Positions 21,852 to 30,151 of a stretch of 64,000 bases of DNA are shown in pieces (the stretch's first letter is position 1; the number at the start of each line of letters is the position of its first letter). The notes under the pieces were generated by a model. The model did no database searches. It was not told the origin of the DNA and worked only from the letters and a program-made list of their open reading frames with translations. Source of the DNA: an uncultured candidate division Zixibacteria bacterium (GTDB lineage Bacteria > Zixibacteria > MSB-5A5 > GN15 > FEB-12); assembly GCA_963664195.1 (NCBI GenBank), contig OY760907.1, positions 2,720,001-2,784,000 of the forward strand, read 5' to 3'. Position numbers and translations under genes: made by a program.

Positions 21852-22103
21852 ATGAAGAAATTTCTTGTTATCGCCTTGTGTCTTCTGTTCGCAGCATCAT
21901 TCGTGATTAGCTGTGGCGAGAAAGAAGCCGCTCAAGACAAAGTCGAAAAGACCGCTGCCGGTGCCGCCGAGGAAATGGCTGACACCACTCGTTTGGACTC
22001 GATGGCCGGCGAGGCCATGGACGCCGTCGAAGGTGCCGTTGAAGAAGCCGGAGAGGCTGCTGAAGGAGCCGTTGACAAAGCTAAAGAGGCCGCCGGTCAC
22101 TAA
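21852..22103 (+). CDS. Small acidic Ala/Glu-rich lipoprotein
   Basis: RBS GAGAGG; MKKFLVIALCLLFAASFVISC lipobox; own terminator. Confidence 0.82.
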   Translation: MKKFLVIALCLLFAASFVISCGEKEAAQDKVEKTAAGAAEEMADTTRLDSMAGEAMDAVEGAVEEAGEAAEGAVDKAKEAAGH

Positions 22104-22135
22104 GGCTATCGTTAACGAGTTTGCATCGACAAATG

Positions 22136-22166
22136 AAAAAGCTCCCACGTTGTGGGAGCTTTTTTT
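22136..22166. terminator. Bidirectional intrinsic terminator
   Basis: AAAAA-GCTCCCAC-GTT-GTGGGAGC-TTTTTTT between convergent genes. Confidence 0.88.
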
Positions 22167-22214
22167 ATGGAGTGAGCAGTCAGGTGGGGACACCTGACTG
22201 TACGTTGGCATATT

Positions 22215-23330
22215 CTAGCCTTCGATCATCTCGACGTTGGCGCGCGGCACAATCGCCCGCTTGCCGTCCGCGAATTCCACCTCAAGTACGCGAGCCTTGG
22301 ACTCTGATTCCAGGACGTGCAGTGGGGCAGGAAGATCGGTCACGGCACCGAGTTGGCCAAAGTACGGGTGACGAATCACGCGGATCGGGGATCCGACAGT
22401 AAGACCGACAATTTCACCCTCCTCGACCACTTCGTCGGTCGCGGCACCCGGGATGACGAGTTCCGGACGGATGACGCCGGCACGAATCTGGGTCGCACCG
22501 TTCATACAGGCCATTTCGCCCTGGTGGCGTTTCAGCAACTGGAAGGTCTTGTCAGCCATATTGATCTGACCAAAGCCCTCGGTGACGACCAGAGTTGTGC
22601 AAGTGTCTTCCGAGCCGGTGATAGCCACACCAATGTCATAGCCGAGGAAGTCGCGCAGGTCCTTGTCGTCAAAACCGCCGACCACAATGCCGTTAACTCC
22701 GATCTTGATAGCCTTCTTCAGCGCGTTGGCTGTCACTCGCGAACCACCGACCACGATCTTTCCGGCGTACTCGTCCTTGATGAGGTCTTCATTAAGGACG
22801 GTAGAGTTGTTTTCCACTGCCATCTGTATCGGGGCTGACGTTTCGCCACCGATACCGAAAATACCCTGTACGAATGCGCCGTTGCACTGTACCACGACGC
22901 CTTCGTTCGGGATGACCTCGATAACTTCGCCATCAAGATATGCCTTTACCTCGACGGGGGTTGGCTCACCGCGCTGGAGAACCTGGCCGGTGATCTTGGA
23001 AATCGATTCGATGGTTCCATCGATAGTGGCATGGCACGGGTTCTTGAATATGAACAGGGTCTTGGAGAGGGCAATCATTTCGCCCTTTGCCATAGTGTCA
23101 CCCGGCTTCTTGAGCATGACCAGATCAATGTCTTCAGGCGGTATGCCCAGTTTGTTGGCAACATTGATCGGAACGACGTTGCCCGGCAGCACTGTGCGTG
23201 CGACGACATCATTCGGCTTGACCTTGTCGCCGACCTTGACAATCACGTCGCCCTTCAGCGGTAATATCCGGCGCTTCTTGATGAGAAGCTGCTCGGTTAC
23301 TTTCAATCCGGGTGTATATGCGTGGCCCAT
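22215..23330 (-). CDS. Hypothetical soluble protein with barrel-sandwich-hybrid-like motifs and a C-terminal KOW/SH3-like domain
   Basis: VIVKVGDKVKPNDVVA, KKPGDTMAKGEMIA...ATIDGTIESI, AYLDGEVIEV; central alpha/beta GVNGIVVGG; C-terminus VGSPIRVIRHPYFGQLGAV. Confidence 0.8.
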   Translation of the reverse strand: MGHAYTPGLKVTEQLLIKKRRILPLKGDVIVKVGDKVKPNDVVARTVLPGNVVPINVANKLGIPPEDIDLVMLKKPGDTMAKGEMIALSKTLFIFKNPCHATIDGTIESISKITGQVLQRGEPTPVEVKAYLDGEVIEVIPNEGVVVQCNGAFVQGIFGIGGETSAPIQMAVENNSTVLNEDLIKDEYAGKIVVGGSRVTANALKKAIKIGVNGIVVGGFDDKDLRDFLGYDIGVAITGSEDTCTTLVVTEGFGQINMADKTFQLLKRHQGEMACMNGATQIRAGVIRPELVIPGAATDEVVEEGEIVGLTVGSPIRVIRHPYFGQLGAVTDLPAPLHVLESESKARVLEVEFADGKRAIVPRANVEMIEG

Positions 23331-23351
23331 AAAACTCCTCTTTATACGAAA

Positions 23352-24137
23352 TCAACTATTAGCTTTTTTCTTCCTGCTTCTTTTCCGGTTGGTAATGATA
23401 GCCGCGCCGATAGCGACGGCCGCGCCAACCCAGACGGCAACAGGTACTCCGGAATCATCATCGTCTTTCAAGTTCGCGACTTTTACCGGTTCGGAGCTCT
23501 TTTTGACTGCCGCGCCGGTAGCAAACGAGTTCACGATAGACTTGAAATCCTCAAGGTGCCCTTCAAATAGACTGTCAGGTGAGTAGAAGTAGAAGTTGGC
23601 GATCCCCTGATCGAAGAACTGCATCGCCAGCATGTTCATTCGCACCAGGTTATTGTCTTCCACCAGCTTGGTCGTAACGGCCAGTCGACTGTTCCCGCTG
23701 TCATACACGATGTTGTTGGTGTGAAGTTCCGTGATGAAAGCATCGGGGGAGATGTTTAGCAGTTTCCGGTCAAATGAGTTGGTGACAACCTCGACAACAG
23801 AGTCGATCTGTTGCTGATCAAGTTCGCCGGTTGGTTCGAACGTCAAGATCATATAGATCCCTTCGAACACGGTCGCTTCAGTCTCAGCTGAGAGAATAAC
23901 CTCGAATTCAGCTGCGGAGCCGGTCTGCTTCATGTAGTAATTAGCGGTCTGATAATCGACCTGTGACCAACCCTCCGGGTAAGCAATGTGAAACTTGCCG
24001 CGGAAACTGGTGAAGTCTCCGGCCAACCCTGAGACAACCAACACCAGGATAAGCACAAACGCCAGAGCCAATCCGAGAACGCTGTTTTTTCCGATACCAT
24101 TCATTTGCGTAGCACCTGTTCCGTTCCTCAATGACAT
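23352..24137 (-). CDS. Exported protein with C-terminal membrane anchor (possible PsbP/Mog1-like fold)
   Basis: N-terminal hydrophobic signal, FHIAYPEGW motif, C-terminal TM followed by RKRSRKKK; start may be 24104. Confidence 0.72.
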   Translation of the reverse strand: MSLRNGTGATQMNGIGKNSVLGLALAFVLILVLVVSGLAGDFTSFRGKFHIAYPEGWSQVDYQTANYYMKQTGSAAEFEVILSAETEATVFEGIYMILTFEPTGELDQQQIDSVVEVVTNSFDRKLLNISPDAFITELHTNNIVYDSGNSRLAVTTKLVEDNNLVRMNMLAMQFFDQGIANFYFYSPDSLFEGHLEDFKSIVNSFATGAAVKKSSEPVKVANLKDDDDSGVPVAVWVGAAVAIGAAIITNRKRSRKKKANS

Positions 24138-24138
24138 G

Positions 24139-25992
24139 TTAGGCGAGAGTCTCCGCCGGGTAGATATCCAGTTCGGTCATCCACTTCTTCAGGTAGGAGA
24201 CGCGCTCCGAGGCTTCGAGCGAAGAGAGGTCGAACGGACGACCACGGCCATCGAGAATAATACCGACAACACCGCCGTCGATTTCCTTCTCGACCTTGTT
24301 CCCCTTGCCGTTGCCAAGATCGTAATTGCGTTCCGGCTCAAAGACGGCCTTGACCTTAATCGGCAAACCATTCTCCTGGATACCCAGTTTAAAGAGCTTC
24401 ATCTCCAGGTGGTTCAGAGTACCGGAAACGGTGCCGTCCGGAAGTTCGATGCTGTATTTCATCATCGGTCCCGGCTTCTTTGAAGTACCTGAGGGAGCGA
24501 TACAGGTGCCAAGGTGGATCAGGCAATCCTTCTCAAATACTTCTGTGGCAGCCTTCGGCTGAACTTCGGTCAGCACCCCGAGCTGGGGCATCATGAAAAT
24601 GGAGTCCACGGCCAGTCGGGTGATACCTTCGGGAGAGAAGGCGTCGATCATCATGAGAGCTGACTGCTGACGTCGCGGAGCATGCGAGAGCACACCACCG
24701 GATCCGATCAGCATATCCAGCGTCATCATATTCACAATGGTTGCGCCCGAGGCAGACTGTTCAAAAGCGTCAGCGATTGTTCGCTGCTGCTGCACGCCTT
24801 TCAGCACGGTCGCAAAAGACTTGTGCTGTATGAAAGCGAGGCGCAGGGCTTCCTTGGCGATAGCTTGCTCGAAAACAAGTTCTTCCATTGACTGCGGAAT
24901 AGTGGTCGGGCGGATCATTTTGTTCTTAACGCGGTTACGCAGGTCGCGCTCGTCCATTTCAAACGGCACCCAGCGCATGACCATCGGGAGAGTCGCTTCG
25001 GCGAATACGTTCGACACCGAGTAGGACATGCCGAGGTTGGCCGATACCGTGCGGTTGAATTCGCCGTGCTCGCCGTCGGGGCGGAACACCGAGAACACGT
25101 CGGTCGTGGCGCCGCCGATGTCGACACCGAGAGCCTCGATACCGTACTGGTCGGCGATGGTCTGGATGATCAGGCCCACCGCGCCCGGAGTCGGCATAAT
25201 CGGAGCATCGGCCCAGTCCATCAGCTTCTTGTAGCCGGGAGCCTGTGCCATGACGTGCTCCATGAACAGCTCGTGGATTTCTTCACGGGCGGGGCCAAGA
25301 TTTTCCATTTCGAGGACGGGGCGAAGGTTGTCGACTACGCGAAGGTCAACTTTGCCTGCCAGCGTCTCTTCAACTGCCTTGGTGGCATTCTTGTTGCCGG
25401 CGTAGATGATCGGCAACTGATAGCTGGAACCGAGCCTCGGGCGCGGGTCTGCGGCTGCCACCAATTCGGCGATCTCGACCACGTGGGTCGTCGTTCCACC
25501 GTCGATTCCCCCGGAGAGCAGAATCATATCCGGGCGGAGATGGCGAATGCGCTCAATCTGCTGATGCGGGAGACGCTTGTCGTTGGAAGCAATGACATCC
25601 ATCACAATAGCGCCGGCACCAAGAGCGGCACGCTCGGCGGATTCAGCGGTCATAGACCGCACCACACCGGCCACCATCATTTGGAGACCACCGCCAGCAG
25701 ACGAGGTGGAGATGTAGACGTCGGTTCCGTCTTTGCCGTTCGCCGGACTGATGAATTTGCCTTTGTCGTCCAAGAGTTTGCGACCGGAAAGCTCCTCGAG
25801 TTCGCCGACAGCGTTGAGCACCCCCATTGTTACGTCCTCGAAGGGGGCTTCCACTGTGGTCGGAGCCTCACCGCGCGACATTAGTCGGTATTCACCGTTT
25901 GAAAACTCGATCAGAATCGCTTTGGTGGTGGTGGAGCCGCAGTCAGTAGCGACGATTACTTTGATGTCTTCAGGATTTTCGAATTTTGCCAT
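24139..25992 (-). CDS. Glutamate-mutase-L (GlmL/MutL)-like ASKHA ATPase with C-terminal extension
   Basis: TDCGSTTTK, TSSAGGGLQM, AERAALGAGA, PDMILLSGGIDGG, MPTPGAV, VDIGGATTDVFS, RTVSANLGM, IGSGGVLSH. Confidence 0.88.
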   Translation of the reverse strand: MAKFENPEDIKVIVATDCGSTTTKAILIEFSNGEYRLMSRGEAPTTVEAPFEDVTMGVLNAVGELEELSGRKLLDDKGKFISPANGKDGTDVYISTSSAGGGLQMMVAGVVRSMTAESAERAALGAGAIVMDVIASNDKRLPHQQIERIRHLRPDMILLSGGIDGGTTTHVVEIAELVAAADPRPRLGSSYQLPIIYAGNKNATKAVEETLAGKVDLRVVDNLRPVLEMENLGPAREEIHELFMEHVMAQAPGYKKLMDWADAPIMPTPGAVGLIIQTIADQYGIEALGVDIGGATTDVFSVFRPDGEHGEFNRTVSANLGMSYSVSNVFAEATLPMVMRWVPFEMDERDLRNRVKNKMIRPTTIPQSMEELVFEQAIAKEALRLAFIQHKSFATVLKGVQQQRTIADAFEQSASGATIVNMMTLDMLIGSGGVLSHAPRRQQSALMMIDAFSPEGITRLAVDSIFMMPQLGVLTEVQPKAATEVFEKDCLIHLGTCIAPSGTSKKPGPMMKYSIELPDGTVSGTLNHLEMKLFKLGIQENGLPIKVKAVFEPERNYDLGNGKGNKVEKEIDGGVVGIILDGRGRPFDLSSLEASERVSYLKKWMTELDIYPAETLA

Positions 25993-26107
25993 CTTGTTCT
26001 CGCTCTAAGAATCCTTATCACGTGGTCCTGCCAGCAGACTGTGTTATCAGAGACGACTCACACGTGGAGGCGGCTGTCTGGCAAGGAGTTCACATATTCA
26101 GGCGTCG

Positions 26108-26136
26108 AGTATAACATAATGTCCTGAGCTTGTAAA
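26108..26136 (-). promoter_or_regulatory. Sigma70 promoter for the glmL-like operon
   Basis: Minus strand TTTACA-17 nt-TATACT with a TGn extended -10. Confidence 0.7.
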
Positions 26137-26270
26137 GAGCCATTTTCCGGTCCCCGATTGGTGTCGACCGCACAACCGTCAGGGGTGGTGTCGTGATGGG
26201 CGGAGCTTCAAACCCGGCTGCTCATATCCGGAAGATTCGTCCCGAGTGTCCCGGCTCTGTTCCCTGTGGT

Positions 26271-26316
26271 GCAGAGAATACCTGGGGCCCCGGCTGACAT
26301 TGTGCGTATTCTCTGC
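26271..26316. repeat. Perfect 11-bp inverted repeat between the divergent promoters
   Basis: GCAGAGAATAC (26271-26281) ... GTATTCTCTGC (26306-26316). Confidence 0.8.
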
Positions 26317-26396
26317 GACGGAGGGGCGCAGTCAAGTGCGAGTTCCGCTAACTGACTGCGAGAATAGCACTTACCGAAGGAGTGCGCTTTTTTCGC

Positions 26397-26425
26397 TTGA
26401 CTTGCCTGTGTGATGCGGCTAGATT
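26397..26425 (+). promoter_or_regulatory. Sigma70 promoter for the 12-gene membrane operon
   Basis: TTGACT-17 nt-TAGATT. Confidence 0.7.
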
Positions 26426-26593
26426 AGCTGATCTTCTTGAGACCCCTTCGTTTATGGGGCTCTTGAGGTTGCCGGGAATTCCCCGGTTAAGGATAATTTG
26501 ATTAGATAGCCCGCGGATTGTTTCGTCTCATTTGGGACAGTGTTAACGTTCGACATTTGACGGACAATCTGGCTCACAACCGGGGAAGAGGAT

Positions 26594-27853
26594 TTGGATA
26601 CAAAAAGACATACGTCTCGCCGCAGGCATACTGCGTTGTGCTCCCTCGCCCTTGTTACCTTCATTCTAATTCTGACATTCGGAACAGTCTTTGCCCAGGA
26701 AGAAGTCCTGCCACAGGATTCTCTGGCCGTTGCGGAGGTGATTGCCTATCCGCAACCGGTAGCAAATCTACAGGCCAAAGACAAGCCCAACGATGCCGGC
26801 GGTGCCGTGCGCGTTAGCTGGGATGTTTCCACGACCGACGACGGTCATGGCGGCATTCTCGGGTACACGGTCTACCGTGCGACTCGCGCCGAGGGTCCCT
26901 ATGAGGTCGTAGGTGAAATAGCTTCCGGGAAAACAGAATTCGATGACGGTAGCACGGCCGACAGCCTGTCCTATTACTACAAGGTGATCGCGATGAGTGA
27001 CGCTTTGTTCAGGACCGGAGTGTCAGAGGAAGTGCTGCAACTGGCCGCAACCACAGGTCCGGTGAAGTCATCGGAGCAATGGTTTGATTTCCGACGTCTC
27101 AACGTGTTTGTCGGCATCATGGTTCTTAGCTTTCTGATTGTCTTCATGATATCGCAGGCCAAGGCCGGCAAGAAACTGTTCATTCGCAAGATTGCCGGCA
27201 TGGAAGCGGTTGACGAAGCTGTTGGCCGTGCCACCGAGATGGGGCGGAAGATATTTTACGTGCCGGGCATTAACGACATGGACAACGTCCAGACCATTGC
27301 CTCTATGACAATCCTCGGACGTGTTGCAGAGTTGGCCGGTCAGTACGATACCTGGTTGGAAGTGCCGGTATGTCGTTCGCTGGTGCTGGTCACGGCCAAG
27401 GAAGTCGTGAAAGAAGCGTACACGAAAGTTGGTCGACCAGACTCGTTCCAGGAGAATCAGGTGCACTACCTGACGGATGACCAGTTCGGGTATGCGGCGG
27501 CAATCGACGGTATGGTGGTCCGTGAGAAGCCGGCTACGATTTTCTACATGGGCGCGTTTTTTGCCGAGTCGCTGATTCTGGCTGAGACGGGCAACGCTAC
27601 CGGAGCGATTCAGATCGCTGGCACGGCCATGCCCTCGCAGCTACCGTTCTTTGTTGCGTCGTGTGACTACACGCTCATAGGCGAAGAGCTTTTTGCGGCT
27701 TCGGCGTACCTGTCCAGGGAGCCGAAACTGCTTGGTTCGCTCAAAGGGCAGGATCTGGGCAAGGCCATTATTCTGGTCGCGCTCATAGTGGGTATCATTA
27801 TGGAAACATTTGGTATCTGGGAATTCTCACAATTATTCTCGGTGATTGAATAG
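26594..27853 (+). CDS. Module 1 subunit A: signal peptide + FN3 domain + TM + conserved alpha/beta domain (DUF6754-like) + TM
   Basis: FN3 VRVSW...GYTVYRAT...YYYKV; conserved DEAVGRATEMGR, AESLILAETG, PFFVASCDYTLIGEELFAASAYL; TTG start. Confidence 0.85.
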   Translation: MDTKRHTSRRRHTALCSLALVTFILILTFGTVFAQEEVLPQDSLAVAEVIAYPQPVANLQAKDKPNDAGGAVRVSWDVSTTDDGHGGILGYTVYRATRAEGPYEVVGEIASGKTEFDDGSTADSLSYYYKVIAMSDALFRTGVSEEVLQLAATTGPVKSSEQWFDFRRLNVFVGIMVLSFLIVFMISQAKAGKKLFIRKIAGMEAVDEAVGRATEMGRKIFYVPGINDMDNVQTIASMTILGRVAELAGQYDTWLEVPVCRSLVLVTAKEVVKEAYTKVGRPDSFQENQVHYLTDDQFGYAAAIDGMVVREKPATIFYMGAFFAESLILAETGNATGAIQIAGTAMPSQLPFFVASCDYTLIGEELFAASAYLSREPKLLGSLKGQDLGKAIILVALIVGIIMETFGIWEFSQLFSVIE

Positions 27854-27855
27854 TT

Positions 27856-28503
27856 ATGCGCAGAGAGATACCCCTTCTAATAACAGCTATCGCCGGTTTG
27901 GTCTTCGTCGTTCAGTACTTTATCCCCCATTGGCCGTTCAACAAATTTGATGGATGGTTCTCTGACTGGTTCTCTATCGTGCAGGCGTGTGCCATCGTGT
28001 TGGGAGCGTTGAACCTGCTGATGATCTCCGGGCAGAAGATAGCGGGAAAGAAAGAGGGCTGGGGCTACTCGGTGGTGATCGTTGTGTCGTTTTTCTTGAT
28101 CACGATTGTCGGTTTTGCCGGAGGCGAAGCATTCCGCGATGCCGGCACAGGTTTTGATTGGCTGTACAATTACACGTACATACCTCTTTCATCGACTATG
28201 TACGCTATTCTGGCGTTTTTTGTGGCATCGGCGTCATACCGTGCCTTCAGGGCACGCAACGCGGAAGCAACTCTTTTGTTGTTGGCCGCGTTTTTTGTGA
28301 TGCTCGGACGCGTGCCGATCGGCGATCTGTTGACGATGTGGATGCCGGAAGGCTACAGGATTTCCAACCTCGCGACCTGGATTATGGATTTCCCGCAGAC
28401 GGCGGGACAGCGTTCCATCATGATTGGCATCGCGCTCGGTCTGGTCTCGACTTCCCTGAGAGTGATTCTCGGCATTGAACGTTCACATCTGGGAGGTGAA
28501 TAA
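27856..28503 (+). CDS. Module 1 subunit B: multi-pass membrane protein
   Basis: MRREIPL; TMYAILAFFVASASYRAFRARN; QRSIMIGIALG..SLRVILGIER, shared with B2 and B3. Confidence 0.85.
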   Translation: MRREIPLLITAIAGLVFVVQYFIPHWPFNKFDGWFSDWFSIVQACAIVLGALNLLMISGQKIAGKKEGWGYSVVIVVSFFLITIVGFAGGEAFRDAGTGFDWLYNYTYIPLSSTMYAILAFFVASASYRAFRARNAEATLLLLAAFFVMLGRVPIGDLLTMWMPEGYRISNLATWIMDFPQTAGQRSIMIGIALGLVSTSLRVILGIERSHLGGE

Positions 28504-28504
28504 C

Positions 28505-29515
28505 ATGAAGATCAGTCGTGGTGAAGTTATAGTTCTCCTTCTCTTGGCGATCGGAAGCGTGTTCGCGTATGTCGGCAAAGTGCTCGGTTGGCACAGCGGG
28601 TTCAAATTCCCCGAGTGGCTTTCGATTACTATTGTTGCCCTGACTTTTCTGTCGATGGTCTGGATGCTGGTTCGTACGATCCAGGGCAAACTGGTTGAAC
28701 GGAGAATCGTGTTTCTCTATGTCGGGATAGCGATTGCCCTGCCGCTTATGATGGTTCTGCCGCAGAAGATTATCGTGTCCGATATCGTGCGCAACGTCTA
28801 TCACGAGTTGGAAGAACTCCAACCCGGGTCGAAAGTACTCGTCTCTTTCGATTACGATCCGGCGTCGGCTCCCGAACTGCAGCCTATGGCCGAGGCGTTC
28901 ATTGCCGAGTGCTTCGAGCGCGATCTCAAGGTCATCATGATGGGGCTTTGGCCGCAGGGACCGCAACAGGCGGCGATGGCGGTCGACAGCGTGATGGCGA
29001 GAATGGGATACACCGATCAGGATAAAGCGTATGGCGTGGATTACGCCAACCTCGGTTATCAGGCGGGCGGCGAGTTTGTCATCAAACGCATGGGGGCGAG
29101 TTTTCAGTCCATGTACCCGTCGGACTTTCTTGGAACACCCTATGAGGACATTCCTCTCGTCAAGAACGTGAAGAATTTCTCGAACATAGATTTTTCTTTC
29201 AACCTGTCCGCTGGTTTTCCCGGGACGGTTGAATGGGTCCAGGTAGCCGTTGACCGTTACGGTCTGAGGCTGGGAGCCGGCAACACTGCAGTGCAGGCGC
29301 CAACCATCTACCCGTTTGTCAGATCAAAACAGGTGCTGGGGCTTCTCGGTGGGATGAACGGTGGTGCGGAGTTCGAGACGATTACCGGGCATACGGGCAT
29401 GGCGACCGAATTCATGCTGCCGCAGTCATTTGCGCATCTGATTGTAATTGGGTTTATCATTATCGGCAACGTCGCCTTCTTCCGAGAAGGACGCAAGTCG
29501 AGACTTAAGGGATAG
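28505..29515 (+). CDS. Module 1 subunit C: TM-flanked alpha/beta domain protein
   Basis: SFDYDP...PELQPM, GVDYANLGY, YP...QVLGLLGG..GAEFE, AHLIVIGFIIIGN; RBS GGAGG before ATG 28505. Confidence 0.85.
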   Translation: MKISRGEVIVLLLLAIGSVFAYVGKVLGWHSGFKFPEWLSITIVALTFLSMVWMLVRTIQGKLVERRIVFLYVGIAIALPLMMVLPQKIIVSDIVRNVYHELEELQPGSKVLVSFDYDPASAPELQPMAEAFIAECFERDLKVIMMGLWPQGPQQAAMAVDSVMARMGYTDQDKAYGVDYANLGYQAGGEFVIKRMGASFQSMYPSDFLGTPYEDIPLVKNVKNFSNIDFSFNLSAGFPGTVEWVQVAVDRYGLRLGAGNTAVQAPTIYPFVRSKQVLGLLGGMNGGAEFETITGHTGMATEFMLPQSFAHLIVIGFIIIGNVAFFREGRKSRLKG

Positions 29516-29527
29516 GACGGAGTAGTA

Positions 29528-30151
29528 ATGGAACATTTTGGACTCTGGCTAGGTGCATTCCTGACTCTGGGGATATACTCTTTCCTATACCGAGACAACG
29601 CCTGGTATAAACTGTGTGAAGCCATTTTTATCGGCATCTCGGCGGGGTACTGGGTGGTGATTCTCTACTGGGACAATTTCTACGGCAAGTTCTGGATAGG
29701 TCGCGAAGCAGAGCCGATGCTCTGGGTTGGTGCGGCACTCGGCGTGCTGATGCTCTGCCGACTGATTCCGAAAGTCGGCTGGATCTCGCGTTGGCCGCTG
29801 GCGTTTATTGTGGGGGCCACGGCCGGGCTGTGGATGATGAACTATTTCTCATCCAATATCATGGCGCAGGTGCAGAGCACAATCATGCCGCTTTTCGGCG
29901 ACAACTACAGTGCCTCGTTCGGCGATATTGTCGGGAATTTCGTGATTGCGGTCGGCACGTTTGCCGGCCTGATATACTTCTTCTTCTCAAAAGAACACAA
30001 AGGCGCTTTCGGAGCTACGGCCCGGTTGGGCATTTGGTTTATTATGATCACCTTTGGTGCGTCGTTCGGTTATACGGTGATGAGCCGTATGTCTCTGCTG
30101 ATCGGCCGTATCGATTTCCTACTGGGTGACTGGCTGGGGTTGATTCAATAG
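29528..30151 (+). CDS. Module 1 subunit D: multi-pass membrane protein
   Basis: SFLYRDN..YK..E.IFIGISAGY; WISRWPLAFIVG; YFFFSKEH; FGASFGYTVMSR. Confidence 0.85.
   Translation: MEHFGLWLGAFLTLGIYSFLYRDNAWYKLCEAIFIGISAGYWVVILYWDNFYGKFWIGREAEPMLWVGAALGVLMLCRLIPKVGWISRWPLAFIVGATAGLWMMNYFSSNIMAQVQSTIMPLFGDNYSASFGDIVGNFVIAVGTFAGLIYFFFSKEHKGAFGATARLGIWFIMITFGASFGYTVMSRMSLLIGRIDFLLGDWLGLIQ

Noticed and set aside
24139..25992. Calling this gene DNA-repair MutL or a glutamate mutase catalytic subunit
   Set aside because: The motifs are ASKHA-type, not GHKL, and there are no B12-binding or TIM-barrel mutase signatures.
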